Positions 1 through 11,600 of a stretch of DNA of 64,000 bases are shown piece after piece. The position numbers and the translations under genes were made by a program. A model generated the notes under the pieces. That model searched no databases and was not told where the DNA came from. It saw nothing but the letters and a program-made list of their open reading frames with translations. The stretch is from Phoronis australis (taxonomy: Eukaryota > Animalia > Phoronida). The first letter of the stretch is position 1; the number at the start of each line of letters is the position of its first letter. The stretch is taken from NCBI GenBank assembly GCA_002633005.1, contig NMRA01000487.1, positions 1-64,000 on the forward strand, in the 5' to 3' direction.

Positions 1-1270
1 TAACTCAAAAGCACACTTGATGAATTTGGTTCTGTATGTTGCATATGCCACCAGTACTGAAATAAAAAGAACCTGGTATATTAGTTAGTTGAAAGTGTCA
101 CATTAAATTGTTTTCTAGTCAGCGATCAGTAATTTTTCAATGTAATATATTGTCTTGAGAAAGTCATACCAGACAAGAGACATGAGCATGAAAATAAATG
201 AATTTGAAAGCAAATGAATTGACAGTAAAACAGTAGACAGACAGTAGATCCCCTAGCGTAGTCACAGGGGGGGGGGGGTGGGCACCCCCACCCCTCTGTT
301 GATTGCAAAGGGCCCATGGGTTGCAAGTCATTTTAGCCAGACCAGTCGCAAACAATTCGCACTTTTCCTCCAGTGGAATACATCTCATCAATGTTCCACT
401 TATTTTTGATATTCCGACACTAGTCACGCAATGGCATAGAATCAAAAACAAAACCCTTCCACAACTCGGGGTCCTTGATTACTTCAGGGGATATATGTTG
501 GATTAGAATGTGCAATGACACCCCTTGCTCATTTTTACAGAAGAGCACCCTGAGACTTCATGTTATATAAACTCAACAGTTAATAAAAAGATGAACTGAA
601 CAAAAACAAGTTAGGCAAGTCTGTTTTCCAACAATTCAATCTGATTGTAACACAATGTAAGCTGTTATATTTGCACAAATACTTACACGTGACTGTAAGT
701 CTAAAGGTAATTCAACTATTTTAATACACTACTTGTGCATAATATACCAGCAGCAGAACTAAAATTATTGAAATATTGAAGAGTTATCAACGTGAGTAAA
801 AACAATAGGCCAGTACTGTAACAATGGATTTGCAATATTTAAGAAAGTAATTAATTTGCTTTACTTTCACAGGTTCATGGATTGTCTGGCTTTATGATAC
901 AATGCAACCCAATTAAAAATGTTTTTTAAAATGGAAAAATTAAATTTCACAAAAAATGTATTTCTTACATCACTTTCAGTTATCACTGGTCTGTGCAAAC
1001 ACTTTTAAAAGCTACATTTTGCCTTGTTTAGCTGGCTAAAAATGAAAGTTAAATTAGACCTTTTACTCTGTCTAAAGGTATTCCTTACTGTGACAGGATT
1101 AAACTTCTCTTACCAACTCGAGTAGCAGACGATGTGTACATACATATGCCATTTTCTGCATCCACAATTTTACGGTTGGCCTACCCCGATTAACTCTGAA
1201 AGCGTTTTCTTGCCTCACTGACAGCTTCAATGTTATTGCTATTTATGGAAATAGAATCCTATCACAGTAA

Positions 1271-1846
1271 GGGCTGTTCCAGTAAAATCTGTATGGGAGG
1301 GGGGGAAGGCACCTTTTTTCGCACTCACCACCCATATTTTTCATTTATTTCTTCAGCCTACCACCTGTAATTTTTTATAAGTTTGAAATGCAACCACCTG
1401 TAATTTTTTTGTTCTTGTGGTTGACTGCACAGGCGCTTGAGTTTATCTGTTCCTCCATCACCACTAACGTCATTCATTACTAAGAAAACATATGTTTCTT
1501 ATATATATGGTTATTAGCCATCGAGAAATTCGAGCACCTGTGGTTAAATGGTGTTATGGGCATGCTGATAAGGAGATCGGAGGGAGTGAAAAAGTCGGAG
1601 CTCTTTGCAAGTTGCATTTTTGTTTCAAGTTTTGATTCTGTGCGGATTGTTTATAAAATTTACTAAAATTACCTACCATCAAACATTTATGGCCCAATGA
1701 AACAACAATGACCTGTAAATTTTAAATTTTTTGAAGTACGACCACCAGCCATTTTGAATTAAAATCAAATGCAACCACCCATAAATTTTTATTTCACATG
1801 AGTTGCCTTCCCTCCCCCTTCCCACACAGATTTTTCTGGAACAGCG
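1271..1846. mobile_element. PIF/Harbinger-type (Tourist-like) MITE with ~40 bp TIRs and TAA target-site duplication
   Basis: Left end GGGCTGTTCCAGTAAAATCTGTATGGGAGGGGGGGAAGGCA matches the reverse complement of the right end (CGCTGTTCCAGAAAAATCTGTGTGGGAAGGGGGAGGGAAGGCA). TAA flanks both sides (1268-1270, 1847-1849). Repeated internal ACCACC motifs; no ORF. Confidence 0.8.
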
Positions 1847-1910
1847 TAAGGATTATGACTGATTTTATGACAAATTTTCGTTTTTAGTCGGCGAAGGGCA
1901 GGTTTGACAT

Positions 1911-3588
1911 CTACTTACTTGAGACATTAAATAATATGATTGGCACAAATTTACTCCAGTCCAAGGCAAGTCGTGGCAAATATTCCCTGGAATCTCGCCA
2001 CTTGCACAGGTCTCTTATATACTGCTCATGAACGCAGGGATCAATTGATTTGGCCTTGAGTGTATCATAGTAAAGCTGGGTGTAGATTTTAGACAACCTC
2101 ATTAGGTCTGTAGTAATACTCGACCACAGGTTATCGAACAACTCCGTGGTGATGGTTGGTCGAAACGTATAACCCACTAAAAAGTTTCGCCTGTGATGTA
2201 ATCTTGCGATACATTCCTCGTGGCTGGCACCTGGAAATGAAATGGGGCAAAAACATTTGACACACAGTACAAATTATGTAAATATGACCATTTCATCAGG
2301 TTGCTCATCTCAACTGCATTATCCATTAACCAATTCAGCTCCACCTGTCTCGTTTAAATGTAATGGTCTCATGCCTACAGCAGCATATTTCCTGATCTTC
2401 AAACACAGGTATGCGGCCATAACGTGGGTTGACTTTGACTATTAAAACACAAGATTGCTGATGTTTAAGCTTCTTAATCTTTAGTCATCTATTTTTTAGT
2501 AAAAAATGAAACGCTTAAAAAATTTACAAATGCTCAGGCATACATAGCTTTTCATAATAACAAATAATAATAAATGTCCTGGTTACGAGAATGAGCTCAG
2601 GAAACATCTAACATAAAATCTTGGATACTATGGAGAGCTGCAACAAACACAGCATAAAGATTTTTAATCTGTATATTATCATTTAGTCAGACACATGGTC
2701 AAGGGGGTGAAGGGTTTTTTTGTGACCTACACAACGGCATTGTGCCATGTGCTATCATCATCATGAAACTGTTTTTGAACTGTGATTTGAAGATCACCGT
2801 GAAACTGATGTATTTTTATGGTATCGTGGATTGTGAAATCAATTATTTTGAAACCATGAATATGAACGAGATGTGGGGGGGATAGAATTCATGGTGACAC
2901 TTGATTGTAGAAGGAGCAAAAATTTGTTGTGATCCATGAAATTCAAAAAGTGCCGTCACAATACCAATGATTTTGTCCCCTTTGTCAAGCACTGAAAATT
3001 AAACTAATACAGCTGGTGCTTATGCACTGATGTTATGTCTAATACAGTTACCACTAACACACTGATTTTGCCTGCAGTATGTAACGCACTTGATAATGAA
3101 TGTCACTTGACATTTTGTTGGAAAGAATACAAAGATGCGGATAGTTGAAGTACAAAAGCATTAAAGTATCTCAAGCGTAAATATTCACCTTTTGTGTCCT
3201 GGATCCACAAGTTTGACTCAAATGGTGTCAAGCCACTGACACGTCTCAACAATAAACACACCAGTGACACATCCAAATCATCCACCACAATGCCCTCTTT
3301 TGGTTGATCATCCGGATACAGAAATTTCTTCTGTTGTTTCTGCAATGCCTTTAATGAGAAAAGCTCCTTTTTCACTTTGGCCAAAACATCAATAAAGGAG
3401 CAATGTTCTCCCTCGATGGAATCATTTCCACACTCGGCACCACATTGACGGAATTTAGTTCTACTGCAGTAATTGTACATGGCGGCTAGTCGTTTTTCCA
3501 GGAGGTCCTTTAGAACATCCCGTCCAGTGTCCACCAGGAGACCACAGAGCCGCGTGTAATTACTGGCTTCCACTAGAGTGACTGTCAT
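1911..3588 (-). CDS. Standalone DZIP3-like HEPN domain protein, 2 coding exons (3588-3189, 2230-1911), 239 aa
   Basis: Spliced translation has the family pattern NYTRLCGLLVDTG...QKKFLYP...DLDVSLVCLLLRRVSGLTP...W...IARLHHRRNFLVGY...ITTELFDNLWSSITTDLMRL. The phase-1 intron has donor GTGAAT at 3188 and acceptor TTTCCAG at 2231, and the join is in frame. Confidence 0.8.
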
Positions 3589-4015
3589 GGCTAATGTGGG
3601 TATGCTAACTGAAAAACACAAGAAAAGTGAGAACAGTAAAATTTGCGGAAATCAAATCCAACCCGACAAAGATATTGCGTCCGAGTATGGTGAAATCCGT
3701 GAGGGCATGAATGTATGAGTAAAGAAAACTCTCCCGTTGATGAGTGATGCAAAACTCCATCTTATGAATGTCCGACTTTAGCCAATACTCGAAGGGCCAT
3801 CGGAGGACCGCGTTTTCACGGATTGGTGAAATAGACATAAAGCAAAAGAATGGGAGGAAAATTCTTGATCAGTACGCTAGTACTAACCAAATCAAATTCC
3901 CTTGGCATATTTAGTGAACTGCAAGCGGTCTTACAGGCTATATATCTCTTCTTTTTACCTTCATCTATCAACGACAAATCAAATCGTCTGCCACCTTGTA
4001 ATCCTAGTTTTTTAC

Positions 4016-4052
4016 CCAATGACGTCATGCGGTGACTTGAATGCCAACCAAT
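4016..4052. promoter_or_regulatory. Candidate promoter module: two CCAAT boxes 32 bp apart plus a full CRE (TGACGTCA)
   Basis: CCAAT at 4016-4020 and 4048-4052; TGACGTCA at 4020-4027. Lies between the Churchill stop and the HEPN start. Confidence 0.4.
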
Positions 4053-4709
4053 CAGCCAAGTGAATGCTTCTTTTCATGAGTTCACAAAAATGCAAATAGC
4101 AGAGAGTCAAGCGAATAGTAAAAAGCCGAAACTTTGAGTGAGTACAATCTTTCGAAGGGCTTGATTTCTGTGCAATTATATTCGCCGTATTATTTCTGCA
4201 GATAAATGCGTTCTTGCAATCACAATTTGGATATGTGCAGGTTAGTATTGATGTGCAATTGGAGTGTGATATGTATGACTTAATTCTACACTTTCACTGT
4301 TACGCAATTCCAACCCTGTTTAAAAGCTGGTTTACCGACTAGTCCAACTTATGCAAGTTTTACTGTAGTACAGTTGAACAGTGTTGCAGAGAATCCTCAC
4401 AGGACTTTACTGATTATGTTTGCTAATAAAAATTAACTTATGCAGTTAGCTTGGGACTTGTTCGAATGGAGCGTAGCGAACAAATGAATGTACCAAACCA
4501 GGCACATTGAGCTGCAATATGACTGTATGAGTGTTGTCTTACCACAAGTTTTTAACTACGATTAAGAGTGAAAACAGATGTGGAAGCTGCGTCCAACAAT
4601 AAGTCTTAAACTTTGTTACCTCAGTCAGTGAACACAACACTTGAAAGTAGTAAAGAAGTAAAAGGTTGTATTAAATTACACCAACCAAATCTATGCTGTA
4701 AAATTCCTC

Positions 4710-7081
4710 CTAATAAAACAGTTGAGGGTCGTCTGGTAAAATACTCTTTGTGTCTTCTGCTCTCCCGCACAGCAAACACAGCATTGTATACTCCTGAAAG
4801 AAAGGGCCAGATGAGTCGTCTGAAGACCAATTAACAAAGCAAAATCTATCCCAACTAAAAAAGTATGAAAGACAGTCACAGTCACACTAGTTACAGTTCC
4901 AAACACATGACACACAGGAGTGGAAGAAACAGCATAATGTTGTGGTGATAGAACTGTTGATTCCTTGTATTGCATACATTCACTAGCAGGACCAAGCTCA
5001 GAGGAGTAGGAGACATGTTTGTGCAATGCTCAGTTGTCTGCAAATAATGCCAGGATTCAAACCCAGGTCTCCCAAACAGGAGTTCAGAGGTCAAACTACT
5101 GAACCACACCGTCTCCTCAATAGTGATTGGTCAATTTCTTTTCTTATGTTACTTTAGGTACATATATATTAAAATGAGAAATGTTCCCATTTGCTTATAT
5201 TAGAGAAACATAAACGTGATGGAGAAGAGAACTGACCATGTGACTACTCTGGGTAAAGCACAGGAAAACCACTACCAAAAATGTTCTGTATGCTTCACTC
5301 AACAACATACTTTATTAAGACAGTGTTTATTAAAAACTCAGTTATTTTACATGAAAAGGAACTGCCTCAATTTTCAGAGTTCCACGTTTTAAAAATTGAC
5401 TACTAGGTACAATGCTGGTGTACCACATAATATCTGATGACAGATGTACCACACAAAGCGTGCTTAAAACAAAGTAAGAATTTTCTTGGTTCATTTTTGT
5501 TGAGAATTTTGACAAACAAAAAATCTGTTTTTCTGCCATATTGTGCACTAAATAGCGGAAAACTCTACTATACAAAACACAGCAAATTTACTAACCTGTA
5601 GTTTGTCGTCAGCACTAAAGGTGTACTCGTGCCTTGCTACCACATGGTGACACTTATCACACAGATCTGAAACACCTACGAGCACTTAGGGTCATGACAA
5701 GCACAAAATTCATAATTTTTCAATTCAATGATTAACTAGCTGTTGCCTTTTAAAACTGCGCTACGACAGAGACTTGGTTAAGTTAACAAGTAAGGAATAT
5801 AACATCTCAAACAAATGTGGGAATTTAGTGTTTTACAGCATGTTTTCATTGCATGCCAACATAGGATAGAAGATGACAGTTCATTGTGTACATACGCTGG
5901 TAAGTAACGAGTTCTTCGTTATCTTCTTCTGACTTTATAACGTTGACGTTCACTATAGCTCGTTCCTTACAGTGAGAACATTCGGAAAAGTTAAGGTAGT
6001 ATGTCCCAGACTCCAAGCATACAGAACCCTAAAACAAAACAGTGGAAAAGGCATTGGCAAGTCAGGCCAACAGAACTGAGTGGCATAGGTGTGGTGCATG
6101 AGAGGGACAGAGAGAACTGTCAATCGAACAGGACTCACTTAAAACATTCAGTAATAGCCTTGATGGATAATACCATACCATACGTGGACCTGTTTGTTTG
6201 CATTGGTGGGGTATATCTGCAGTTCAGTGAAAACCTTGAACCTGTAAATGGAATATTAGACATGCAAGGAGAGAAATTTTAAAAAGGGACTGCTGTAAGT
6301 GACATAAAAATGTAGAAAAAAATACTGGCTAGTGGCAGTGGTGAGGGCTGCAAATGAAATTCATTCATAATACAACATTGGCATGAAATTAACACTGAGT
6401 ACTCTTATCAGTAGTCAATCACAGCCAGCTAGCAGGCTACCTTATAAGTCACTCAGACTCAGTATCTGACCCCCCCCCCTTGATGCCTCTTCTTGGCCTG
6501 GCTAGCTGACAGGTGACCTCTTCCGTAATCTTCTATAAGGCCTACATTTGGGTTTGACCTTTAACACGTTGATCGTCTTCAATTTCGGTAACAGAATGAA
6601 GCACTATTCAGAAAAAAAATGTTGATTACTAGCGTATGTGTTCGATTTTGACTTTGAAAGACGTGAACTCAACTGCCTCTTGGCTAACTTAGTAGGCTGA
6701 GGTGTTCACCTCTACTCAAAAGATACACACAGTAACGTGATTGATACAGGTTAGCCAGGGTTAAGTGCACTGCAGGTGTACAAGTTGCGTTAGGCGTGCC
6801 GCTGCCAATGCCTTACAGACCTGTACCTCACTGAGTCTGAGAGTGAGAGTGAGATGACTGACAGCCGTACAGCAGACTTAGTACAAAAACGAGACAAATC
6901 GGTGGCGATGTGCACCTTGTTGTTTACTATTCTTGAGAGTCTTGAAACTCTCAAATCACTTAGAAGCCATTAAACAGTAAAATCTTAAGGTTTTGAATTT
7001 GACACGCACCCAAATGTGGACTTTGAGCATTCATTTACTTACCCGATCAGGAAACTCGGACACAACACAATTTCCGCACAT
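4710..7081 (-). CDS. CHURC1: Churchill zinc-binding protein, 4 exons (7081-7043, 6028-5896, 5666-5596, 4793-4710)
   Basis: Spliced product [13 protein letters not shown]|[45 protein letters not shown]|[23 protein letters not shown]|[27 protein letters not shown] matches the recalled Churchill sequence (e.g. [27 protein letters not shown]). All introns are GT-AG with consistent phases. Confidence 0.96.
5040..5116 (-). mobile_element. Degenerate tRNA-derived SINE head in Churchill intron 3
   Basis: Minus strand reads GGAGACGGTGTGGTTCAGTAG (A-box-like) ... GGGTTTGAATCCTGG (B-box-like) with tRNA-like spacing; no clean cloverleaf. Confidence 0.5.
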
Positions 7082-7323
7082 CACGGCGACACTAGTGTCA
7101 CCTAACGGTAGAATAGTAGATGGTAAGGTCACCTTTTGAGCGACTGCCGTACCAATGTCAATCAATTTTTTTAGTGCTTTTGATGATCAGCTTTTGATTG
7201 AAAATTTTATTGTTGTTATCATTAGTCGGTGAGTTCAGAGTTCTAGTCAAGCACTGTTCTTTTAAGAATGCTATCTTATTACAACATAGTTTTATTTAGA
7301 ATCAGGTTAAACATGTTGGCTTC

Positions 7324-7565
7324 CAGGGTGGCTCGCCGGGGGTCGAACGAGCCGCCCATTTGACAAAGTGGACAAAAAGGTCCGCCTCAAAAACTCCGAA
7401 AAAGTAGAAAACGAGATAAAAGTCCGCTAAAAAGGCAGGAACTAGCAAAATTCGGCGAATTCACTATTCATATATAGCTCTGAACGTACCCCGCGAATTT
7501 TAGTATGGGGTCCGACAAATTCTCAAAAATTCGAGTTCCCCATTTTTAGGCTGGGTACGTGCGTG
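7324..7565. repeat. Degenerate short non-autonomous DNA transposon-like repeat
   Basis: Repeated GTCCGC motifs, ending in GGCTGGGTACGTGCGTG, which resembles common invertebrate hAT-like MITE termini. The left terminus is degenerate. Confidence 0.3.
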
Positions 7566-8769
7566 CATGTTAAACAAATGACACTAAAGTACAGGTATTG
7601 TATTTTAGTGTATTCTGCTATCCCTTTACAGTGTGAGAAAACTTCCGGGAATTCCTGATATTAGTCAATTTTGTTATTATCCAAATCTAAGCGGCCTCAG
7701 TCCTCGTCCTGCTGCCCCTCGTAATCACAACTAAAAAACGTGGCGACCACTATTCCCTCGAAAATTGTGGTTAAATCATCTTGTGATATCCTAGATCGGC
7801 TACAGAACCCCAGAACAAGGCCAGGTCGTTGAAATTATCATTTGATATCGGTAAACACGCATGCAACTCTGCTCACAGATGTAAGATTGTTGTTTATACA
7901 TGGAGAAAGCGTTTGTTAACAACTGATTTATATATTCTATGCCAGCCTTACAGACTTTAATTAGGCACCGGTTTACTCAATCAGTCGCTGCTTTCTGTGA
8001 TGGGAAATTAAAATCAAAATGATTCGTAAATTCTCAAAACTATGACCGTTATCGTGTCAGTGGGAGCTTTGAAATTGAACAAAGATGACTTCCATAAAAA
8101 ACACTATTTTTTCTGGTTTGTATCTACACAGATACCACTCCAGACTATATTTACCCATTCACCGAATCCCTCTGCCGAAAAGGGATTTTATATGGTAGGT
8201 GTAACAATACAACTGTCCAAATATTTAATTCTAAACACCAAAGCGTACGCATTGAGACCCGTCACATTTGATTGTGAGTTTGTTTGCTTGCAAAACATTA
8301 CTACATTTACTTATCAACAGATAAGTGACGAGGTGTGGTTTAATAATAGTCGGACTGTCTTCGGACGATACCATTGCAGACAACTTGGACCTTTTTTGCA
8401 AGAAACATACCGGCGACCAAGCATCAGTTCTCGTACACGGCGCAGTACGTTGTCAAAACTGATAGCTGCTGTCCATCTCTAACAGTTCAAATAACTTCAA
8501 TGTGAACTTGATAACAACGTTTTCAGATAAATCGTAATTTAGAATTTATTTCCCCTCGTGCGACCTGCAGTAGTGCATGACTTGAAATGCTTTTTCACGG
8601 CAAACTAGGAAAAAGTATATTTTCCAGTTATAGAAACGAGTTCAGTACTCATGCAACAAAAATGTGTGCGTCCCAACAACCATGGAAATTAGAAAATTAA
8701 ATATTTTATCAACCAACTTAGCCATCTTTAAGTAGCGAGGACAGTGCAAAGGGGAAAGAAACACGATAT

Positions 8770-9260
8770 TTTAAGGTGGTGCAGGACCTTAGAAAAATGT
8801 TTAAATTTGGTTGTCTTGGGTGATAGCATTCGGACGAAGATTTCACATGCTATGGTTTATGCACTGTCCTCAAAAATGATGTTAAGAATCGTTTTGGAGT
8901 GTTCCACTTTAGTGTGAGGGGCTATCAAAAGATTTTTATGAAAAAATCCGAAGCTGCATAAAATGAAAACGAAACGATAACTTCACAAAACTGTAACAGC
9001 TGTCTTGATATATCAAAGAAAGTTGGTCATGCTATTGAAACTGTTGTTTTCTAATGAATGTAGCTATCTTTTTTGCAACATTTTCTTGAAAAGATATGGC
9101 CACGTGACCCAAACATAAAATTTTATAGGCTTTCTAGTTTCATAAAATTGCATACTTTTTACTGAGCTAAAAAATCTATAGATAAATAAACATAGTGGTC
9201 GATAAGCTCCTGCATAGACTTAAAGTGAAGCAACATCTCTGAAAATCGTTGTCACGATTC
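8770..9260. mobile_element. Non-autonomous DNA transposon fragment (TTAA-flanked, Kolobok/piggyBac-like); related copy at ~63285-63420
   Basis: Begins TTAAGGTGG. Segment 8870-9000 (TTCCACTTTAGTGTGAGGGGCTATCAAAA...GCTGCATAAAATGAAAAC...AAAACTGTAA) aligns by eye with 63290-63410 (ATCCACTTTTGGTGGAGGGACTATCAAAA...GTTGCATAAAATGAAAAC...AAAACTGTAA). Confidence 0.5.
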
Positions 9261-10856
9261 ACGTCTTTGGGCTGCAAGCCTTTGTAGTGGCTCTTCAATA
9301 AGGCAAATGTCCCAATAATTTATGATAACAGTTTAAGCGAATGTAGTTCAAAGACTATTTTGTCATAGACGAGAATTGATACGAAGGTTGTCACCTCGAG
9401 GAGGAAAGTAACAACTGCTGACAAGTAGTTCTCAATGGTTGCTTGAAATTGAAACTTAAGTTGTTTTGAGACGCAGAGCATGATGTAACGGAAAGACGGT
9501 TTTGAAACTCGTTAGTCCAGTGCAACACATTGAAGATTATTGAAATAAAAATGTAATCAGCAATGAGAAAATGATGTCCGTCACTTTAAAATGTACACCC
9601 ATCTGTGACTTCGGGAATCTCTTACTTTAAATTGTTTGTCTCATTTATGGCGACCAGTTTGCTGACAGTATCAGCAGGTTACCTGACAACTGAGAGAGCA
9701 TAGAAACGGTGATTAGGCACTCGACAATGCGTCTCTCCACACGTATGCGTTCATTCGTTCCACGTCCATTGCTCAGCGAGACAAATGGTCCTCTGCTCGT
9801 AATAATTAATAAGGTTTGGTGCCAGGTGTAGCTGAGTGGATTCCTGAAATCAGTTGGTAATAAAGTTTAGAAGATTCACATTCAGTTGTCGCTCCTGCAT
9901 TAAAGTAACAGGAAGGTGTTCCGCGAATATATTCTAAATTTTACATTAAATGACTCGCCTGGCAAAATACACCGAAAAAGCTCTTGTTCTGTTTACTGAC
10001 AAGTCAGTAGCCTTTAACCTGACCACCCCTTTTATAGTCTGTCATGGCCAAGGTCCACGAATTAAATACATGTCCTCCTTCCTCTGTTCTATTTGTTTAA
10101 TGTAACCTTGGATTTTATCTGTTGTGATCTGGACGAAACTGATCGCAGTTTGATGATCTTCCGACCTTTATAGCGAAGATACATCACTTGGCCTCGGAGA
10201 CCTGTCAGTTTGAAGATAAAAACACAGCGATCGATAGTGCGACATGTTTTTGACTAGTTATTAATGTCAGTCAGGTAAGTCGACATGTGTATTCTATTTG
10301 CCTATTTCTGTTCTCTTTAATGTAATTTTGGTTGAGGGAGTTTAACCCATCATGTATTTTAGACAACCGTCACAGCCCTTGGAAAGAAATTGTCTCTATC
10401 ATGGAACTTCTCGGGATTGTGTGGGATATTTGTATGAACAGATATACAAGGTTACGATTAACTCATTCTTTGGTTGCCGTCTATCAAATTTCGTTTCTTT
10501 TCCACAGATTGAACTGAAACGAACATAAGACGATCGTTTTATACCCACCTGCCAATTTCAGTTTAATGAAGATATTATTGAACAGATTTGTTATGATTTA
10601 TTGAATTTTGTATTTAATCTTAGTTTTGCGGCAGTAAACACATTAGGCCAGTCATCTATATTAAATTCTTGGTCTATTTTCACCTTGTTCTCGCTGACAT
10701 ATTGCAAAATGGAGACATTAACACTTTGAAAGACGGTGACCTTTTTAAAAATTCAACTTCCAAATCACTGCCTTATTCGATTGCCAAGTCCGTACATGAA
10801 TTCGCGTCACGAATCCATATCACTTGTTAGTCCTACCTACGGTAACAAAATAAACT

Positions 10857-10870
10857 GTTGCCATAGTAAC
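10857..10870 (+). promoter_or_regulatory. RFX X-box upstream of the Tctex-1 domain gene
   Basis: GTTGCCATAGTAAC fits the X-box consensus GTNRCC-N(0-3)-RGYAAC. It lies just before a GTAAGT donor (10887) of a probable 5'-UTR exon. Confidence 0.7.
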
Positions 10871-11600
10871 AACTCTCCAGGCGATGGTAAGTAGCTAGGT
10901 ATATGATTTGGTTAATATCGATGAACGAATTAGACGACGTCTTGTGTTTATCTTTGTTCATCGTCGTGAATATGGGCGATATTATATACAACGGAACACA
11001 CTTTTTATAGTTTAGTTATATTTAGTTCGTGTGGTATCCGTTAGGTTTCTCTCTTCCACTTCCACGTGAATTCCAAGAAATTGTTCAAATGATAAAATTA
11101 TTAACTTTCCTCAGTGTCCCGATAAGAATAAATGAACTATGCCTCATTATAAAGAGCATTCAAACGTTTCGTGTAATAGCAAATTCGCTTTAATTATATT
11201 TTAATCACATAAGGTTTTGTAAACATAGTTTGAGATTGCATGCATGGTAAGGTATGATCCGTCAAAGAAAATTAAATTCTATCGATTTTGCCGTTCATTA
11301 ATGACGTGAACATTTATCGATTTTCTGGCTTTTAGTTGACACAATGCATCTTACGATCACAACTGCTACTTTGCGCAAGTTAATTCCGGTTAGTATGCCG
11401 GAGGACGTTCCGTGTGTGTAACTTTAAATAGAGATAACTCAATAAACGCAGAACAAACAGAAAACATGTTTATGGAAACGGAGAGTGAGCTTTTGTAGTG
11501 ACGAGATAAGTAAATTGTCGATGACAATGCTTCTTTGGTTCACTGATGTTGTTTTATTTCAGGTGAAAGTTACACGGCGTTATTCTTAACTTGTATTTCA

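Noticed and set aside
2740-2960. Loosely periodic (C/T)GTGA/CATGA motifs resembling a repeat array
   Set aside because: Units are not identical or regularly spaced; not CRISPR-like, probably an old transposon interior in the HEPN intron.
8042-8482. 146-aa ORF on + strand
   Set aside because: No recognisable motif or splice context; consistent with a chance ORF.
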